64,000 bases of DNA from Escherichia coli (GTDB lineage Bacteria; Pseudomonadota; Gammaproteobacteria; Enterobacterales; Enterobacteriaceae): the NCBI RefSeq assembly GCF_016026235.1, contig NZ_CP065613.1, one strand, 5' to 3'. The position numbers and the translations under genes were made by a program. Shown here in pieces: positions 24,471 to 35,606 of this stretch; position 1 is the stretch's first letter, and each line of letters begins with the position of its first letter. Under the pieces are notes generated by a model, which saw only the letters and a program-made list of their open reading frames with translations, had not been told where the DNA came from and ran no database searches.

Positions 24471-24779
24471 ATGATGAAACTCTCAACCTGCTGTGCCGCG
24501 CTTCTGCTCGCCCTCGCCTCACCCGCGGTACTCGCCGCGCCGGGATCCTGTGAGCGCATACAAAGCGATATATCACAGCGCATTATCAATAATGGCGTAC
24601 CCGAAAGCAGCTTCACGTTAAGTATTGTACCCAATGACCAGGTTGATCAGCCTGATTCCCAGGTCGTCGGGCATTGCGCTAATGATACGCATAAAATTCT
24701 CTACACCCGCACCACCAGCGGTAACGTCTCTGCTCCCGCGCAGTCTACCCAGGATGGCGCGCCTGCCGAACCGCAGTAA
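24471..24779 (+). CDS. ynfD: DUF1161 secreted protein YnfD
   Basis: About 101 aa with signal peptide ending AVLAAPGSC. Confidence 0.8.
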   Translation: MMKLSTCCAALLLALASPAVLAAPGSCERIQSDISQRIINNGVPESSFTLSIVPNDQVDQPDSQVVGHCANDTHKILYTRTTSGNVSAPAQSTQDGAPAEPQ

Positions 24780-24796
24780 CACATTATCGACTGAAC

Positions 24797-24817
24797 GCCG
24801 GATACGACGCATCCGGC
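24797..24817. repeat. REP-like palindromic unit downstream of ynfD
   Basis: Perfect inverted repeat GCCGGAT-ACGACGC-ATCCGGC in the intergenic region. Confidence 0.4.
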
Positions 24818-24976
24818 GATTTGAACATACAACATAACCCACCTTATTACTCATACCCTTCTATTGATATGGATTAATAATTCTTAACCCAAAATGGGTA
24901 GACTCCCTCTATTGTTAGCGCGCTAAATATTCAATATATAAACTTTTATATAACGATAAAGAACAGGGAGTGAGTT

Positions 24977-27403
24977 ATGTCCAAAAATGAACAAATGGTG
25001 GGCATCAGCCGCAGAACACTCGTTAAATCCACCGCGATAGGTTCTCTGGCGCTGGCTGCAGGCGGTTTTTCTTTACCGTTCACCCTGCGCAGTGCAGCGG
25101 CAGCGGTACAACAGGCCAGCGAGAAAGTGGTCTGGGGTGCCTGTTCCGTCAACTGTGGTAGCCGCTGTGCACTTCGTCTGCATGTTAAAGATAATGAAGT
25201 GATCTGGGTGGAAACTGACAACACCGGCAACGACGAGTATGGCAATCATCAAGTACGCGCCTGTTTGCGCGGTCGCTCCATCCGCCGGCGTATTAATCAT
25301 CCCGATCGCTTGAATTACCCAATGAAACGCGTGGGTAAACGCGGTGAACGCAAATTCGAACGGATTAGCTGGGATGAAGCCCTAGATACTATCGCCAGTA
25401 GCCTGAAAAAAACCGTCGAACAATATGGCAATGAGGCTGTATATATTCAGTACTCTTCGGGGATTGTTGGCGGCAATATGACCCGCTCTTCGCCATCAGC
25501 CTCGGCGGTCAAACGCCTGATGAACTGCTACGGCGGTTCACTCAACCAGTATGGCTCCTACAGCACTGCGCAAATTTCCTGTGCCATGCCCTACACCTAC
25601 GGCAGTAATGATGGCAACAGCACCACGGATATTGAAAACAGCAAGCTGGTCGTGATGTTTGGTAACAACCCGGCAGAAACCCGCATGAGCGGCGGTGGCA
25701 TCACTTATCTTCTTGAAAAAGCGCGCGAAAAATCGAACGCAAAAATGATTGTTATCGATCCGCGATATACCGATACGGCTGCCGGTCGTGAAGACGAATG
25801 GCTTCCTATTCGCCCGGGCACCGATGCCGCGCTGGTTGCGGGTATTGCCTGGGTATTGATTAACGAAAATCTCGTTGATCAACCTTTTCTCGATAAATAC
25901 TGCGTCGGCTATGACGAAAAAACCTTACCCGCAGATGCACCCCAAAATGGTCACTATAAAGCCTATATTCTTGGTGAAGGAGACGATAAAACAGCGAAAA
26001 CGCCGCAGTGGGCTTCGCAAATTACCGGTATCCCAGTGGACCGTATCATCAAACTGGCGCGTGAAATTGGCACAGCAAAACCCGCTTATATCTGCCAGGG
26101 CTGGGGGCCGCAACGCCAGGCAAACGGCGAACTGACCGCACGCGCTATTGCTATGTTGCCAATTCTGACGGGCAATGTCGGCATCAGCGGCGGAAATAGT
26201 GGCGCGCGTGAATCGACCTATACCATTACCATAGAACGCCTGCCGGTGCTGGATAATCCGGTCAAAACGTCAATTTCCTGCTTCAGCTGGACAGATGCTA
26301 TCGATCATGGTCCGCAAATGACGGCAATCCGCGACGGCGTCCGCGGCAAAGATAAACTGGATGTGCCCATTAAGTTCATCTGGAACTACGCGGGAAATAC
26401 CCTGGTTAATCAGCATTCTGACATCAACAAAACGCATGAAATTCTGCAAGACGAATCGAAATGCGAAATGATTGTGGTCATCGAAAACTTTATGACCTCA
26501 TCGGCAAAATATGCCGACATTCTGCTGCCAGACCTGATGACCGTTGAGCAGGAAGATATTATTCCTAACGACTACGCCGGTAACATGGGATATCTCATTT
26601 TCCTCCAGCCAGTCACCAGCGAAAAATTCGAACGTAAACCGATTTACTGGATCCTGAGTGAAGTCGCGAAACGTCTTGGACCTGACGTCTATCAAAAGTT
26701 CACTGAAGGTCGCACGCAGGAACAATGGTTACAACATCTGTACGCCAAAATGCTTGCCAAAGATCCGGCGTTACCGTCTTACGACGAACTGAAAAAAATG
26801 GGTATCTATAAGCGTAAAGATCCCAATGGTCATTTTGTCGCCTACAAAGCATTTCGTGACGACCCCGAGGCAAATCCACTTAAAACACCTTCCGGTAAGA
26901 TTGAAATTTATTCCAGCAAGCTGGCGGAAATTGCCCGTACCTGGGAACTGGAAAAAGATGAAGTGATAAGCCCACTGCCAGTTTATGCCTCTACCTTTGA
27001 AGGCTGGGACTCACCTGAACGTAGAACCTTCCCACTGCAACTGTTTGGTTTCCATTACAAATCCCGTACTCACTCGACCTACGGCAACATTGATGTCCTG
27101 AAAGCAGCCTGCCGTCAGGAGGTGTGGATCAACCCTATAGATGCGCAGAAACGTGGGATTGCCAACGGCGATATGGTGCGGGTGTTTAACCATCGTGGCG
27201 AAGTTCGGCTACCAGCCAAAGTGACACCACGTATTCTCCCTGGAGTTAGCGCTATGGGCCAGGGAGCCTGGCACGAGGCCAATATGTCTGGCGATAAAAT
27301 CGACCATGGAGGCTGTGTGAATACGCTAACCACTCTGCGCCCTACACCACTGGCGAAGGGAAACCCGCAGCATACGAATCTGGTCGAGATCGAAAAAATA
27401 TAA
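24977..27403 (+). CDS. ynfE: Molybdopterin (DMSO reductase family) oxidoreductase catalytic subunit YnfE, Tat-exported
   Basis: 808 aa; twin-arginine signal SRRTLVKS; DmsA-like. Confidence 0.9.
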   Translation: MSKNEQMVGISRRTLVKSTAIGSLALAAGGFSLPFTLRSAAAAVQQASEKVVWGACSVNCGSRCALRLHVKDNEVIWVETDNTGNDEYGNHQVRACLRGRSIRRRINHPDRLNYPMKRVGKRGERKFERISWDEALDTIASSLKKTVEQYGNEAVYIQYSSGIVGGNMTRSSPSASAVKRLMNCYGGSLNQYGSYSTAQISCAMPYTYGSNDGNSTTDIENSKLVVMFGNNPAETRMSGGGITYLLEKAREKSNAKMIVIDPRYTDTAAGREDEWLPIRPGTDAALVAGIAWVLINENLVDQPFLDKYCVGYDEKTLPADAPQNGHYKAYILGEGDDKTAKTPQWASQITGIPVDRIIKLAREIGTAKPAYICQGWGPQRQANGELTARAIAMLPILTGNVGISGGNSGARESTYTITIERLPVLDNPVKTSISCFSWTDAIDHGPQMTAIRDGVRGKDKLDVPIKFIWNYAGNTLVNQHSDINKTHEILQDESKCEMIVVIENFMTSSAKYADILLPDLMTVEQEDIIPNDYAGNMGYLIFLQPVTSEKFERKPIYWILSEVAKRLGPDVYQKFTEGRTQEQWLQHLYAKMLAKDPALPSYDELKKMGIYKRKDPNGHFVAYKAFRDDPEANPLKTPSGKIEIYSSKLAEIARTWELEKDEVISPLPVYASTFEGWDSPERRTFPLQLFGFHYKSRTHSTYGNIDVLKAACRQEVWINPIDAQKRGIANGDMVRVFNHRGEVRLPAKVTPRILPGVSAMGQGAWHEANMSGDKIDHGGCVNTLTTLRPTPLAKGNPQHTNLVEIEKI

Positions 27404-27460
27404 CCCACTACAACCATAAATTCTGGCATGACATTTTGTTTGAAAAGCAATAAGTGAGTA

Positions 27461-29887
27461 ATGATGAAAATCCATACCACAGAGGCGCTCATGAAGGCTG
27501 AAATCAGCCGTAGAAGTCTGATGAAAACCTCCGCACTTGGCAGTCTTGCGCTGGCAAGCAGTGCTTTCACTCTGCCATTTTCCCAAATGGTCCGGGCGGC
27601 ACAGGCTCCGGTAGAAGAGAAAGCGGTCTGGAGTTCCTGCACCGTTAACTGCGGGAGCCGCTGTCTGTTACGTTTGCATGTGAAAGATGACACCGTGTAC
27701 TGGGTGGAGTCTGATACGACAGGTGACGACGTCTACGGTAATCATCAGGTTCGTGCGTGTTTACGCGGGCGCTCTATCCGCCGACGGATGAATCATCCTG
27801 ATAGGTTGAAATATCCCATGAAGCGCGTCGGCAAGCGCGGTGAAGGTAAATTTGAACGGATAAGTTGGGACGAAGCCCTGGATACCATCAGTGATAATCT
27901 TCGGCGGATCCTGAAAGATTACGGCAATGAGGCTGTACATGTCCTGTACGGAACAGGCGTAGATGGCGGAAACATCACCAACTCAAACGTCCCGTACCGT
28001 CTGATGAACTCTTGCGGTGGTTTTCTCAGTCGCTATGGCAGCTACAGTACCGCACAGATCAGTGCCGCAATGAGTTATATGTTCGGTGCCAATGATGGCA
28101 ACAGCCCGGATGATATCGCCAATACGAAACTGGTCGTTATGTTCGGAAATAACCCGGCAGAAACGCGGATGAGCGGTGGTGGTGTCACTTACTACGTCGA
28201 GCAAGCCCGCGAACGTTCAAACGCACGCATGATCGTCATCGATCCACGTTATAACGACACAGCTGCCGGGCGTGAAGATGAATGGCTGCCCATTCGCCCT
28301 GGCACCGATGGCGCACTGGCCTGTGCGATTGCCTGGGTACTGATTACTGAAAACATGGTCGATCAGCCATTTCTCGACAAATATTGTGTTGGTTACGATG
28401 AAAAAACGCTGCCCGCCAACGCACCACGTAACGCGCATTATAAAGCCTATATTCTGGGCGAAGGGCCTGACGGCATAGCTAAAACGCCGGAATGGGCAGC
28501 AAAAATCACCAGCATCCCGGCAGAAAAAATTATCCAGTTGGCACGAGAGATCGGTTCAGCAATACCTGCTTATATTTGTCAGGGTTGGGGGCCACAACGA
28601 CACTCCAACGGCGAGCAAACATCCCGCGCTATTGCCATGCTTTCCGTTCTCACCGGTAACGTCGGCATAAACGGCGGCAACTCAGGCGTACGCGAAGGTA
28701 GCTGGGATCTGGGGGTAGAATGGTTCCCGATGCTCGAGAATCCTGTTAAAACGCAGATTTCCGTCTTTACATGGACAGATGCCATCGACCATGGTACGGA
28801 AATGACCGCGACCCGTGATGGTGTTCGTGGAAAAGAAAAACTGGATGTCCCCATCAAGTTTTTATGGTGCTACGCCAGTAACACATTGATCAATCAACAT
28901 GGCGACATCAATCACACCCATGAGGTGCTTCAGGATGACAGCAAGTGCGAGATGATTGTCGGCATTGACCACTTCATGACGGCCTCGGCTAAGTATTGCG
29001 ATATCCTGTTGCCCGACCTGATGCCAACAGAGCAAGAAGACCTTATCTCTCATGAATCTGCAGGGAATATGGGCTATGTGATCCTCGCCCAACCCGCAAC
29101 CTCAGCAAAATTTGAACGCAAACCCATCTACTGGATGCTGAGTGAAGTCGCCAAACGCTTAGGACCGGACGTTTATCAAACCTTTACTGAAGGTCGCAGT
29201 CAGCATGAATGGATCAAATATCTCCATGCGAAAACGAAGGAACGTAACCCTGAGATGCCCGACTACGAGGAGATGAAAACGACCGGGATCTTTAAGAAAA
29301 AATGCCCAGAAGAACACTACGTCGCTTTCCGCGCATTCCGTGAAGATCCACAGGCAAACCCGTTGAAAACACCTTCGGGGAAAATCGAAATTTATTCTGA
29401 ACGACTGGCGAAGATTGCAGATACCTGGGAATTGAAAAAAGATGAAATTATTCATCCCCTTCCTGCGTATACCCCAGGTTTTGATGGCTGGGACGATCCC
29501 CTGCGGAAAACCTATCCACTGCAGTTAACGGGCTTCCACTACAAAGCGCGTACCCACTCCAGCTACGGCAATATTGATGTGTTACAGCAGGCCTGCCCAC
29601 AAGAGGTGTGGATCAACCCCATTGATGCTCAGGCACGCGGTATCCGTCATGGCGATACCGTGCGGGTATTTAACAATAATGGAGAAATGCTGATTGCCGC
29701 AAAAGTGACTCCGCGTATTCTGCCTGGCGTTACCGCCATCGGGCAAGGTGCGTGGCTTAAAGCGGATATGTTTGGTGACCGGGTCGATCACGGCGGCAGT
29801 ATTAATATTCTGACCTCTCACCGCCCTTCACCGCTGGCAAAGGGAAACCCGTCGCACAGCAATCTTGTCCAGATCGAAAAGGTTTAA
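27461..29887 (+). CDS. ynfF: Molybdopterin oxidoreductase catalytic subunit YnfF (DmsA paralog), Tat-exported
   Basis: 808 aa; Tat motif SRRSLMKT; tandem paralog of ynfE. Confidence 0.9.
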   Translation: MMKIHTTEALMKAEISRRSLMKTSALGSLALASSAFTLPFSQMVRAAQAPVEEKAVWSSCTVNCGSRCLLRLHVKDDTVYWVESDTTGDDVYGNHQVRACLRGRSIRRRMNHPDRLKYPMKRVGKRGEGKFERISWDEALDTISDNLRRILKDYGNEAVHVLYGTGVDGGNITNSNVPYRLMNSCGGFLSRYGSYSTAQISAAMSYMFGANDGNSPDDIANTKLVVMFGNNPAETRMSGGGVTYYVEQARERSNARMIVIDPRYNDTAAGREDEWLPIRPGTDGALACAIAWVLITENMVDQPFLDKYCVGYDEKTLPANAPRNAHYKAYILGEGPDGIAKTPEWAAKITSIPAEKIIQLAREIGSAIPAYICQGWGPQRHSNGEQTSRAIAMLSVLTGNVGINGGNSGVREGSWDLGVEWFPMLENPVKTQISVFTWTDAIDHGTEMTATRDGVRGKEKLDVPIKFLWCYASNTLINQHGDINHTHEVLQDDSKCEMIVGIDHFMTASAKYCDILLPDLMPTEQEDLISHESAGNMGYVILAQPATSAKFERKPIYWMLSEVAKRLGPDVYQTFTEGRSQHEWIKYLHAKTKERNPEMPDYEEMKTTGIFKKKCPEEHYVAFRAFREDPQANPLKTPSGKIEIYSERLAKIADTWELKKDEIIHPLPAYTPGFDGWDDPLRKTYPLQLTGFHYKARTHSSYGNIDVLQQACPQEVWINPIDAQARGIRHGDTVRVFNNNGEMLIAAKVTPRILPGVTAIGQGAWLKADMFGDRVDHGGSINILTSHRPSPLAKGNPSHSNLVQIEKV

Positions 29888-29897
29888 GGAGTAGCCC

Positions 29898-30515
29898 ATG
29901 ACCACACAATATGGATTTTTTATCGATTCCAGCCGCTGTACTGGCTGTAAAACCTGCGAACTGGCGTGCAAAGATTTTAAAGATCTTGGCCCGGAAGTCA
30001 GTTTCCGCCGTATTTATGAATATGCTGGCGGCGACTGGCAGGAAGATAATGGCGTCTGGCACCAGAACGTGTTCGCTTATTATCTCTCCATCTCCTGTAA
30101 CCATTGCGATGACCCCGCATGTACAAAAGTCTGCCCCAGCGGCGCAATGCATAAGCGTGAAGATGGCTTTGTGGTGGTTGATGAAGATGTTTGTATCGGC
30201 TGCCGCTACTGCCACATGGCTTGTCCGTACGGCGCGCCACAGTACAATGCTGAAAAAGGGCACATGACGAAGTGCGATGGTTGTTATTCGCGCGTCGCCG
30301 AGGGGAAACAACCCATATGCGTCGAATCCTGCCCGCTGCGTGCACTTGAGTTCGGTCCAATTGAAGAGCTGCGCCAGAAGCACGGCACTCTGGCTGCCGT
30401 CGCGCCACTGCCGCGCGCGCATTTCACAAAACCCAATATCGTTATCAAACCTAACGCCAACAGCCGCCCGACCGGCGATACCACTGGTTATCTGGCTAAT
30501 CCGGAGGAAGTGTAA
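29898..30515 (+). CDS. ynfG: 4Fe-4S ferredoxin-type subunit YnfG (DmsB paralog)
   Basis: 205 aa with four Cys clusters (CxxCxxCxxxCP). Confidence 0.9.
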   Translation: MTTQYGFFIDSSRCTGCKTCELACKDFKDLGPEVSFRRIYEYAGGDWQEDNGVWHQNVFAYYLSISCNHCDDPACTKVCPSGAMHKREDGFVVVDEDVCIGCRYCHMACPYGAPQYNAEKGHMTKCDGCYSRVAEGKQPICVESCPLRALEFGPIEELRQKHGTLAAVAPLPRAHFTKPNIVIKPNANSRPTGDTTGYLANPEEV

Positions 30516-30516
30516 A

Positions 30517-31371
30517 ATGGGAAATGGATGGCATGAATGGCCACTGGTTATCTTTACCGTATTGGGTCAATGCGTAGTAGGCGCGCTGATTGTTAGCGGA
30601 ATTGGCTGGTTCGCCGCCAAAAATGACGCAGACCGTCAGCACATTGTTCGTGGCATGTTTTTCCTCTGGCTGTTGATGGGCATCGGGTTTATTGCCTCTG
30701 TCATGCACCTGGGATCGCCACTGCGGGCGTTTAACTCGCTGAATCGAATCGGAGCTTCTGGTCTGAGTAACGAGATTGCTGCCGGTTCCATATTTTTTTC
30801 CGTTGGCGGACTATGGTGGCTGGTGGCGGTCATCGGTAAAATGCCGCAAGCGTTGGGGAAACTCTGGTTACTTGTCAGCATGGCGCTCGGCGTCATTTTC
30901 GTCTGGATGATGACCTGCGTGTATCAAATCGACACTGTGCCAACCTGGCATAACGGTTACACTACGCTGGCTTTCTTCCTGACGGTATTGTTGAGTGGTC
31001 CAATACTTGCTGCCGCAATTCTGCGGGCAGCCCGCGTTACATTTAATACCACACCATTTGCCATCATTAGCGTTCTGGCGCTGATCGCTTGTGCCGGGGT
31101 GATTGTGCTGCAAGGTTTGTCTCTGTCGTCTATTCACTCATCCGTGCAACAAGCCAGCGCACTGGTACCAGATTACGCCTCCTTACAGGTCTGGCGTGTG
31201 GTATTGTTATGCGCAGGTCTAGGATGCTGGCTTTGTCCGCTCATACGTCGCCGTGAACCTCACGTTGCCGGACTTATTCTGGGGCTAATCCTCATACTTG
31301 GCGGTGAGATGATCGGGCGTGTGCTCTTTTATGGCCTGCACATGACGGTAGGAATGGCTATTGCAGGTTAA
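30517..31371 (+). CDS. ynfH: Membrane anchor subunit YnfH (DmsC paralog)
   Basis: 284 aa, polytopic membrane protein; ATG one base after the ynfG stop. Confidence 0.85.
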   Translation: MGNGWHEWPLVIFTVLGQCVVGALIVSGIGWFAAKNDADRQHIVRGMFFLWLLMGIGFIASVMHLGSPLRAFNSLNRIGASGLSNEIAAGSIFFSVGGLWWLVAVIGKMPQALGKLWLLVSMALGVIFVWMMTCVYQIDTVPTWHNGYTTLAFFLTVLLSGPILAAAILRAARVTFNTTPFAIISVLALIACAGVIVLQGLSLSSIHSSVQQASALVPDYASLQVWRVVLLCAGLGCWLCPLIRRREPHVAGLILGLILILGGEMIGRVLFYGLHMTVGMAIAG

Positions 31372-31413
31372 CAAATTAGTGCGGGGCAACCCGCACATTT
31401 CGGGATGTTAGGA

Positions 31414-32028
31414 ATGACCCATTTTTCACAGCAAGATAATTTTTCTGTTGCGGCGCGCGTGTTGGGCGCGCTGTTTTATTACGCTCCAGAGAGTGCTGAA
31501 GCCGCACCTCTGGTTGCGGTACTCACCCGTGACGGCTGGGAAACTCAGTGGCCTCTACCAGAAGCGTCATTAGCGCCGCTGGTGACGGCTTTTCAGACAC
31601 AGTGTGAAGAGACTCACGCCCAGGCCTGGCAGCGTTTGTTTGTCGGCCCGTGGGCACTGCCGTCTCCGCCGTGGGGGTCGGTCTGGCTGGATCGCGAATC
31701 TGTGCTGTTTGGCGATTCAACATTGGCACTTCGTCAGTGGATGCGCGAGAAAGGCATTCAGTTTGAAATGAAGCAAAACGAACCGGAAGATCATTTTGGT
31801 TCACTGCTGTTGATGGCTGCGTGGTTGGCGGAGAATGGTCGCCAGACAGAATGCGAAGAATTGCTGGCATGGCACCTTTTTCCGTGGTCAACACGTTTTC
31901 TTGACGTTTTTATCGAAAAAGCAGAACACCCTTTCTACCGTGCACTGGGTGAACTGGCTCGCTTAACGCTGGCGCAATGGCAATCACAACTGTTAATTCC
32001 TGTCGCGGTTAAACCACTCTTTCGATAG
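31414..32028 (+). CDS. dmsD: Tat proofreading chaperone DmsD
   Basis: 204 aa, MTHFSQQDNFSVAARVLGALFYY... Confidence 0.9.
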   Translation: MTHFSQQDNFSVAARVLGALFYYAPESAEAAPLVAVLTRDGWETQWPLPEASLAPLVTAFQTQCEETHAQAWQRLFVGPWALPSPPWGSVWLDRESVLFGDSTLALRQWMREKGIQFEMKQNEPEDHFGSLLLMAAWLAENGRQTECEELLAWHLFPWSTRFLDVFIEKAEHPFYRALGELARLTLAQWQSQLLIPVAVKPLFR

Positions 32029-32222
32029 GATCACCGTAATATTGCCGGATGGTGACGATTACGCGCGATTCGGCAATAATACGTTACAGTGTCACGTTTT
32101 TTTATCTCTTAAAGCACGCACTGCTTTTGCGGCTGGCCTCTTTTGCCGCAAAATAGTCGCCCGTGTTTCATTGCCCATTTCTGCTCATGCATCATCTACA
32201 CATCTATCCGGATCTGCGCACT

Positions 32223-33479
32223 ATGTTCCGCCGTCTGCTTATCGCAACAGTCGTCGGTATTCTCGCGGCCTTTGCCGTTGCCGGGTTTCGTCATGCGATG
32301 CTGCTACTGGAGTGGTTGTTCCTCAATAATGACTCGGGCAGTCTGGTCAATGCAGCGACAAATCTTTCCCCGTGGCGACGGCTGCTAACTCCGGCGCTCG
32401 GCGGACTGGCGGCGGGTTTGTTGCTGATGGGCTGGCAGAAATTTACCCAGCAACGCCCTCATGCGCCGACCGATTATATGGAAGCGTTGCAAACCGAGGG
32501 TCAGTTTGATTACGCAGCAAGCCTGGTTAAATCGCTTGCCTCTCTGCTGGTAGTAACCAGCGGTAGTGCAATTGGTCGCGAAGGTGCGATGATTCTTTTA
32601 GCTGCCCTTGCCGCCTCCTGTTTTGCCCAACGTTTTACGCCACGCCAGGAGTGGAAATTATGGATCGCCTGTGGGGCCGCGGCGGGAATGGCTGCAGCCT
32701 ATCGCGCCCCGCTTGCTGGCAGTTTATTTATAGCCGAAGTGCTGTTTGGCACTATGATGTTGGCCTCTCTCGGCCCGGTGATTATTTCCGCCGTCGTGGC
32801 ATTGCTGGTTAGCAATCTGATTAATCATAGCGACGCGTTACTCTACAGCGTACAACTCTCAGTGACGGTTCAGGCTCGTGACTATGCGCTGATTATCAGT
32901 ACAGGTGTGCTGGCAGGTCTGTGCGGACCACTGTTGTTAACGTTAATGAACGCCTGTCATCGTGGATTTGTGAGTCTCAAACTTGCGCCGCCCTGGCAAC
33001 TGGCACTAGGCGGGTTGATCGTGGGTTTGCTTTCCCTGTTCACACCTGCAGTGTGGGGCAACGGCTATAGCACCGTACAATCCTTTTTAACCGCCCCGCC
33101 ACTGTTAATGATCATTGCCGGGATCTTCCTTTGTAAACTGTGTGCCGTGCTGGCGAGTAGCGGTTCCGGCGCACCCGGTGGTGTCTTTACACCGACGCTA
33201 TTTATCGGTCTTGCCATTGGCATGTTGTATGGTCGTAGCCTAGGATTATGGTTCCCTGATGGCGAAGAAATTACGCTTTTACTCGGATTGACCGGGATGG
33301 CGACACTGTTGGCGGCAACCACGCACGCGCCGATTATGTCGACGTTGATGATATGTGAAATGACCGGGGAGTATCAGCTACTCCCCGGTTTATTGATTGC
33401 CTGCGTAATTGCGTCGGTAATCTCGCGGACGTTACACCGTGACTCTATCTACCGCCAGCACACTGCGCAGCATAGCTAA
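32223..33479 (+). CDS. clcB: ClC-family voltage-gated chloride channel
   Basis: 418 aa from [22 protein letters not shown]-like / GREG selectivity motifs. Confidence 0.9.
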   Translation: MFRRLLIATVVGILAAFAVAGFRHAMLLLEWLFLNNDSGSLVNAATNLSPWRRLLTPALGGLAAGLLLMGWQKFTQQRPHAPTDYMEALQTEGQFDYAASLVKSLASLLVVTSGSAIGREGAMILLAALAASCFAQRFTPRQEWKLWIACGAAAGMAAAYRAPLAGSLFIAEVLFGTMMLASLGPVIISAVVALLVSNLINHSDALLYSVQLSVTVQARDYALIISTGVLAGLCGPLLLTLMNACHRGFVSLKLAPPWQLALGGLIVGLLSLFTPAVWGNGYSTVQSFLTAPPLLMIIAGIFLCKLCAVLASSGSGAPGGVFTPTLFIGLAIGMLYGRSLGLWFPDGEEITLLLGLTGMATLLAATTHAPIMSTLMICEMTGEYQLLPGLLIACVIASVISRTLHRDSIYRQHTAQHS

Positions 33480-34127
33480 GCGGATGTATTGCCCCAGTTC
33501 ACGCTGTTCGGCGCGCGGCAGATAAGGCAGTTCACCAATGAGCGGTGCCGGAAGTTTTTTACCGAGCACATCAATGATTTCCGCATAATGCGCCAGTCCT
33601 GGGTTGATTCGGTTAGCCACCCAGCCAATGAGCGGCAGCCCGTCGTTGGCAATCGCCTGAGCTGTTAGCAGTGCATGGTTAATGCAACCTTCCTGAATAC
33701 CGACAACCATCAACACCGGCAGTTGTTCCTGCACCACCCATTCAGAGAGTGGACGCAAATCATTCATCAGACTGCGCCAGCCGCCAGTCCCTTCTACCAC
33801 GACATGATCGACTTTTTCGGTCAGGTTTGCCAGGCCGTTTGAAATGAGGGTGTAATTGATTGGGCAACTGTGCGCCACGCTACTTTCTTCTTCGCTTAAC
33901 GCGATAGGATTAACTGCTTCATAAGGCAGTTCGATGGTTGAAACACTCTGCAACACCAGGGCATCTTTATTACGCAGCCCTTCGGGTGTCTCTTTGCTCC
34001 CCTTCGCTACGGGTTTATATCCCGCAACCGTTTTTCCCTGGGAGGCTAACGCTTGTAGCAATGCGCGGGAAACCACCGTTTTCCCTACAGAAGTGTCTGT
34101 ACCGGTAATAAAGAAACGTTTCAGCAT
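33432..34127 (-). CDS. bioD2: Dethiobiotin synthetase paralog (BioD2 / YnfK)
   Basis: P-loop GTDTSVGKT; 231 aa from MLKRFFITG. Confidence 0.85.
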
Positions 34128-34251
34128 CACTAACTCCACCGTTATGCTTCACAAATATAAACCAGCAAGATAATTAATCTTGAAAGTCTAAGTTATGCTT
34201 TCCTGGCCCAAATTGAGATAGCGCAAATTTTGGTAGAACAGTTAAAAAATG

Positions 34252-35472
34252 TTAACCCTGCAACAGACGAATCAACAAAGAACCGTTATACATCGCGTCT
34301 TTTACCAGCGCAGCGCCTGCCATCGTACCCTGGTTAGAAAACTGAGTACTCTCAACGCTAATGTGCTGACTATACGCAGGAAGGGCCTGCTGACGGATGC
34401 TATCTGAGATGACCGGGAAGAGGATATCTGCAGCTTTACTTAACGGTGAGCCAATCAGTATTTTTTGTGGGTTAAATAAATTCACCATGATGGCAAGAAT
34501 GCGCCCGACATGCGCGCCTACCCCGGTAATGATGTCTTTTGCCAGTAGATCGCCACGCAATGCCGCCTGACACAATGAGTCCACGGTTAACGGCTGTCCA
34601 TGTAACATCGAGCTCATGGATTGATTGAGACGCAGCTGTGCCAGCTCAAGAATACTGTCCACACTGGCGATGGTTTCGAGGCAGCCGTGGTTCCCGCAAT
34701 AACAGCGTTTACCATATGGGTCTACCTGTGTGTGACCTATTTCCACGAGGCTACTGCTGCCTGCGTGTAGCAGATGACCATCGGTAATGACGCCCGCCCC
34801 CACGTTGTGATCGATAACCACCTGAATCACATCGCGCGCCCCGCGTGAGGCACCAAACAAGGCCTCTGCCATCGTCCATGCGCTGATATCATGCTGTATA
34901 TAAACCGGAACGCCGGTATGCTGCTCCAGAGCCTCGCCGAGCGGCATCTCTTTTACATCCTCGTAGAACGGCATGCGATGTACAATGCCATTTTCCGTAT
35001 CAATAATTCCCGGCAGGGTTATGGCAATCGAAGTTAGACGCTCAAGTTTTTTCTGGTGGCGGATAAAAAACTGATCGATATGGGAAATGATACGATCCAG
35101 CAATGGCGAGTCATCTTTTAACGCCAGTTCCTGCGACTCTTCCACCACCAGTTTGCTGCTCAGATCGCGCAGAGCAAGGAAAATCTCCCCGCGACTAATG
35201 CGCAGAGAAAGATAGTGCCAGGCTTCAGTTTCAACCACCAGCCCCACCGCCGGACGGCCACGGTTCCCCGCTTCTTTGATTTCCAGCTCTTGCACCAGGT
35301 GTGCTTCGAGCATCTCACGGACAATTTTAGTGATACTGGCAGGAGCCAGCTGCGCCAGACGGGAAAGATCGATACGCGAGACTGGACCAAGCTGATCAAT
35401 CAGGCGATAAACCGCGCCCGCGTTGGTCTGCTTTATTTGATCAATGTGCCCAGGCTGGTTTTCAGCAACCAC
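34252..35472 (-). CDS. mlc: ROK-family transcriptional repressor Mlc (DgsA)
   Basis: 406 aa; ROK motifs and Zn-binding CxCGxxGC. Confidence 0.9.
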   Translation of the reverse strand: MVAENQPGHIDQIKQTNAGAVYRLIDQLGPVSRIDLSRLAQLAPASITKIVREMLEAHLVQELEIKEAGNRGRPAVGLVVETEAWHYLSLRISRGEIFLALRDLSSKLVVEESQELALKDDSPLLDRIISHIDQFFIRHQKKLERLTSIAITLPGIIDTENGIVHRMPFYEDVKEMPLGEALEQHTGVPVYIQHDISAWTMAEALFGASRGARDVIQVVIDHNVGAGVITDGHLLHAGSSSLVEIGHTQVDPYGKRCYCGNHGCLETIASVDSILELAQLRLNQSMSSMLHGQPLTVDSLCQAALRGDLLAKDIITGVGAHVGRILAIMVNLFNPQKILIGSPLSKAADILFPVISDSIRQQALPAYSQHISVESTQFSNQGTMAGAALVKDAMYNGSLLIRLLQG

Positions 35473-35606
35473 CGCATACTCCCTATATTTTCGCGCTCCG
35501 AAATAATCTGTAGGCTATGGTGAAGCACTTCAATACGTGTCGTCAAATTTTTACTTAGGCATGTGATTAACAGCACATTTTTCGGGCTTTTTCGCTGAAA
35601 TTTCCC

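Noticed and set aside
30277-31371. 364-aa ORF spanning the ynfG/ynfH boundary
   Set aside because: The ORF begins upstream in an alternative frame of ynfG; the real ynfH starts at the ATG at 30517 (MGNGWHEW...), giving the expected 284-aa membrane subunit.
35215-35523. 102-aa plus-strand ORF overlapping the mlc 5' end
   Set aside because: Antisense to the well-conserved mlc coding sequence, with no ribosome-binding site; likely spurious.
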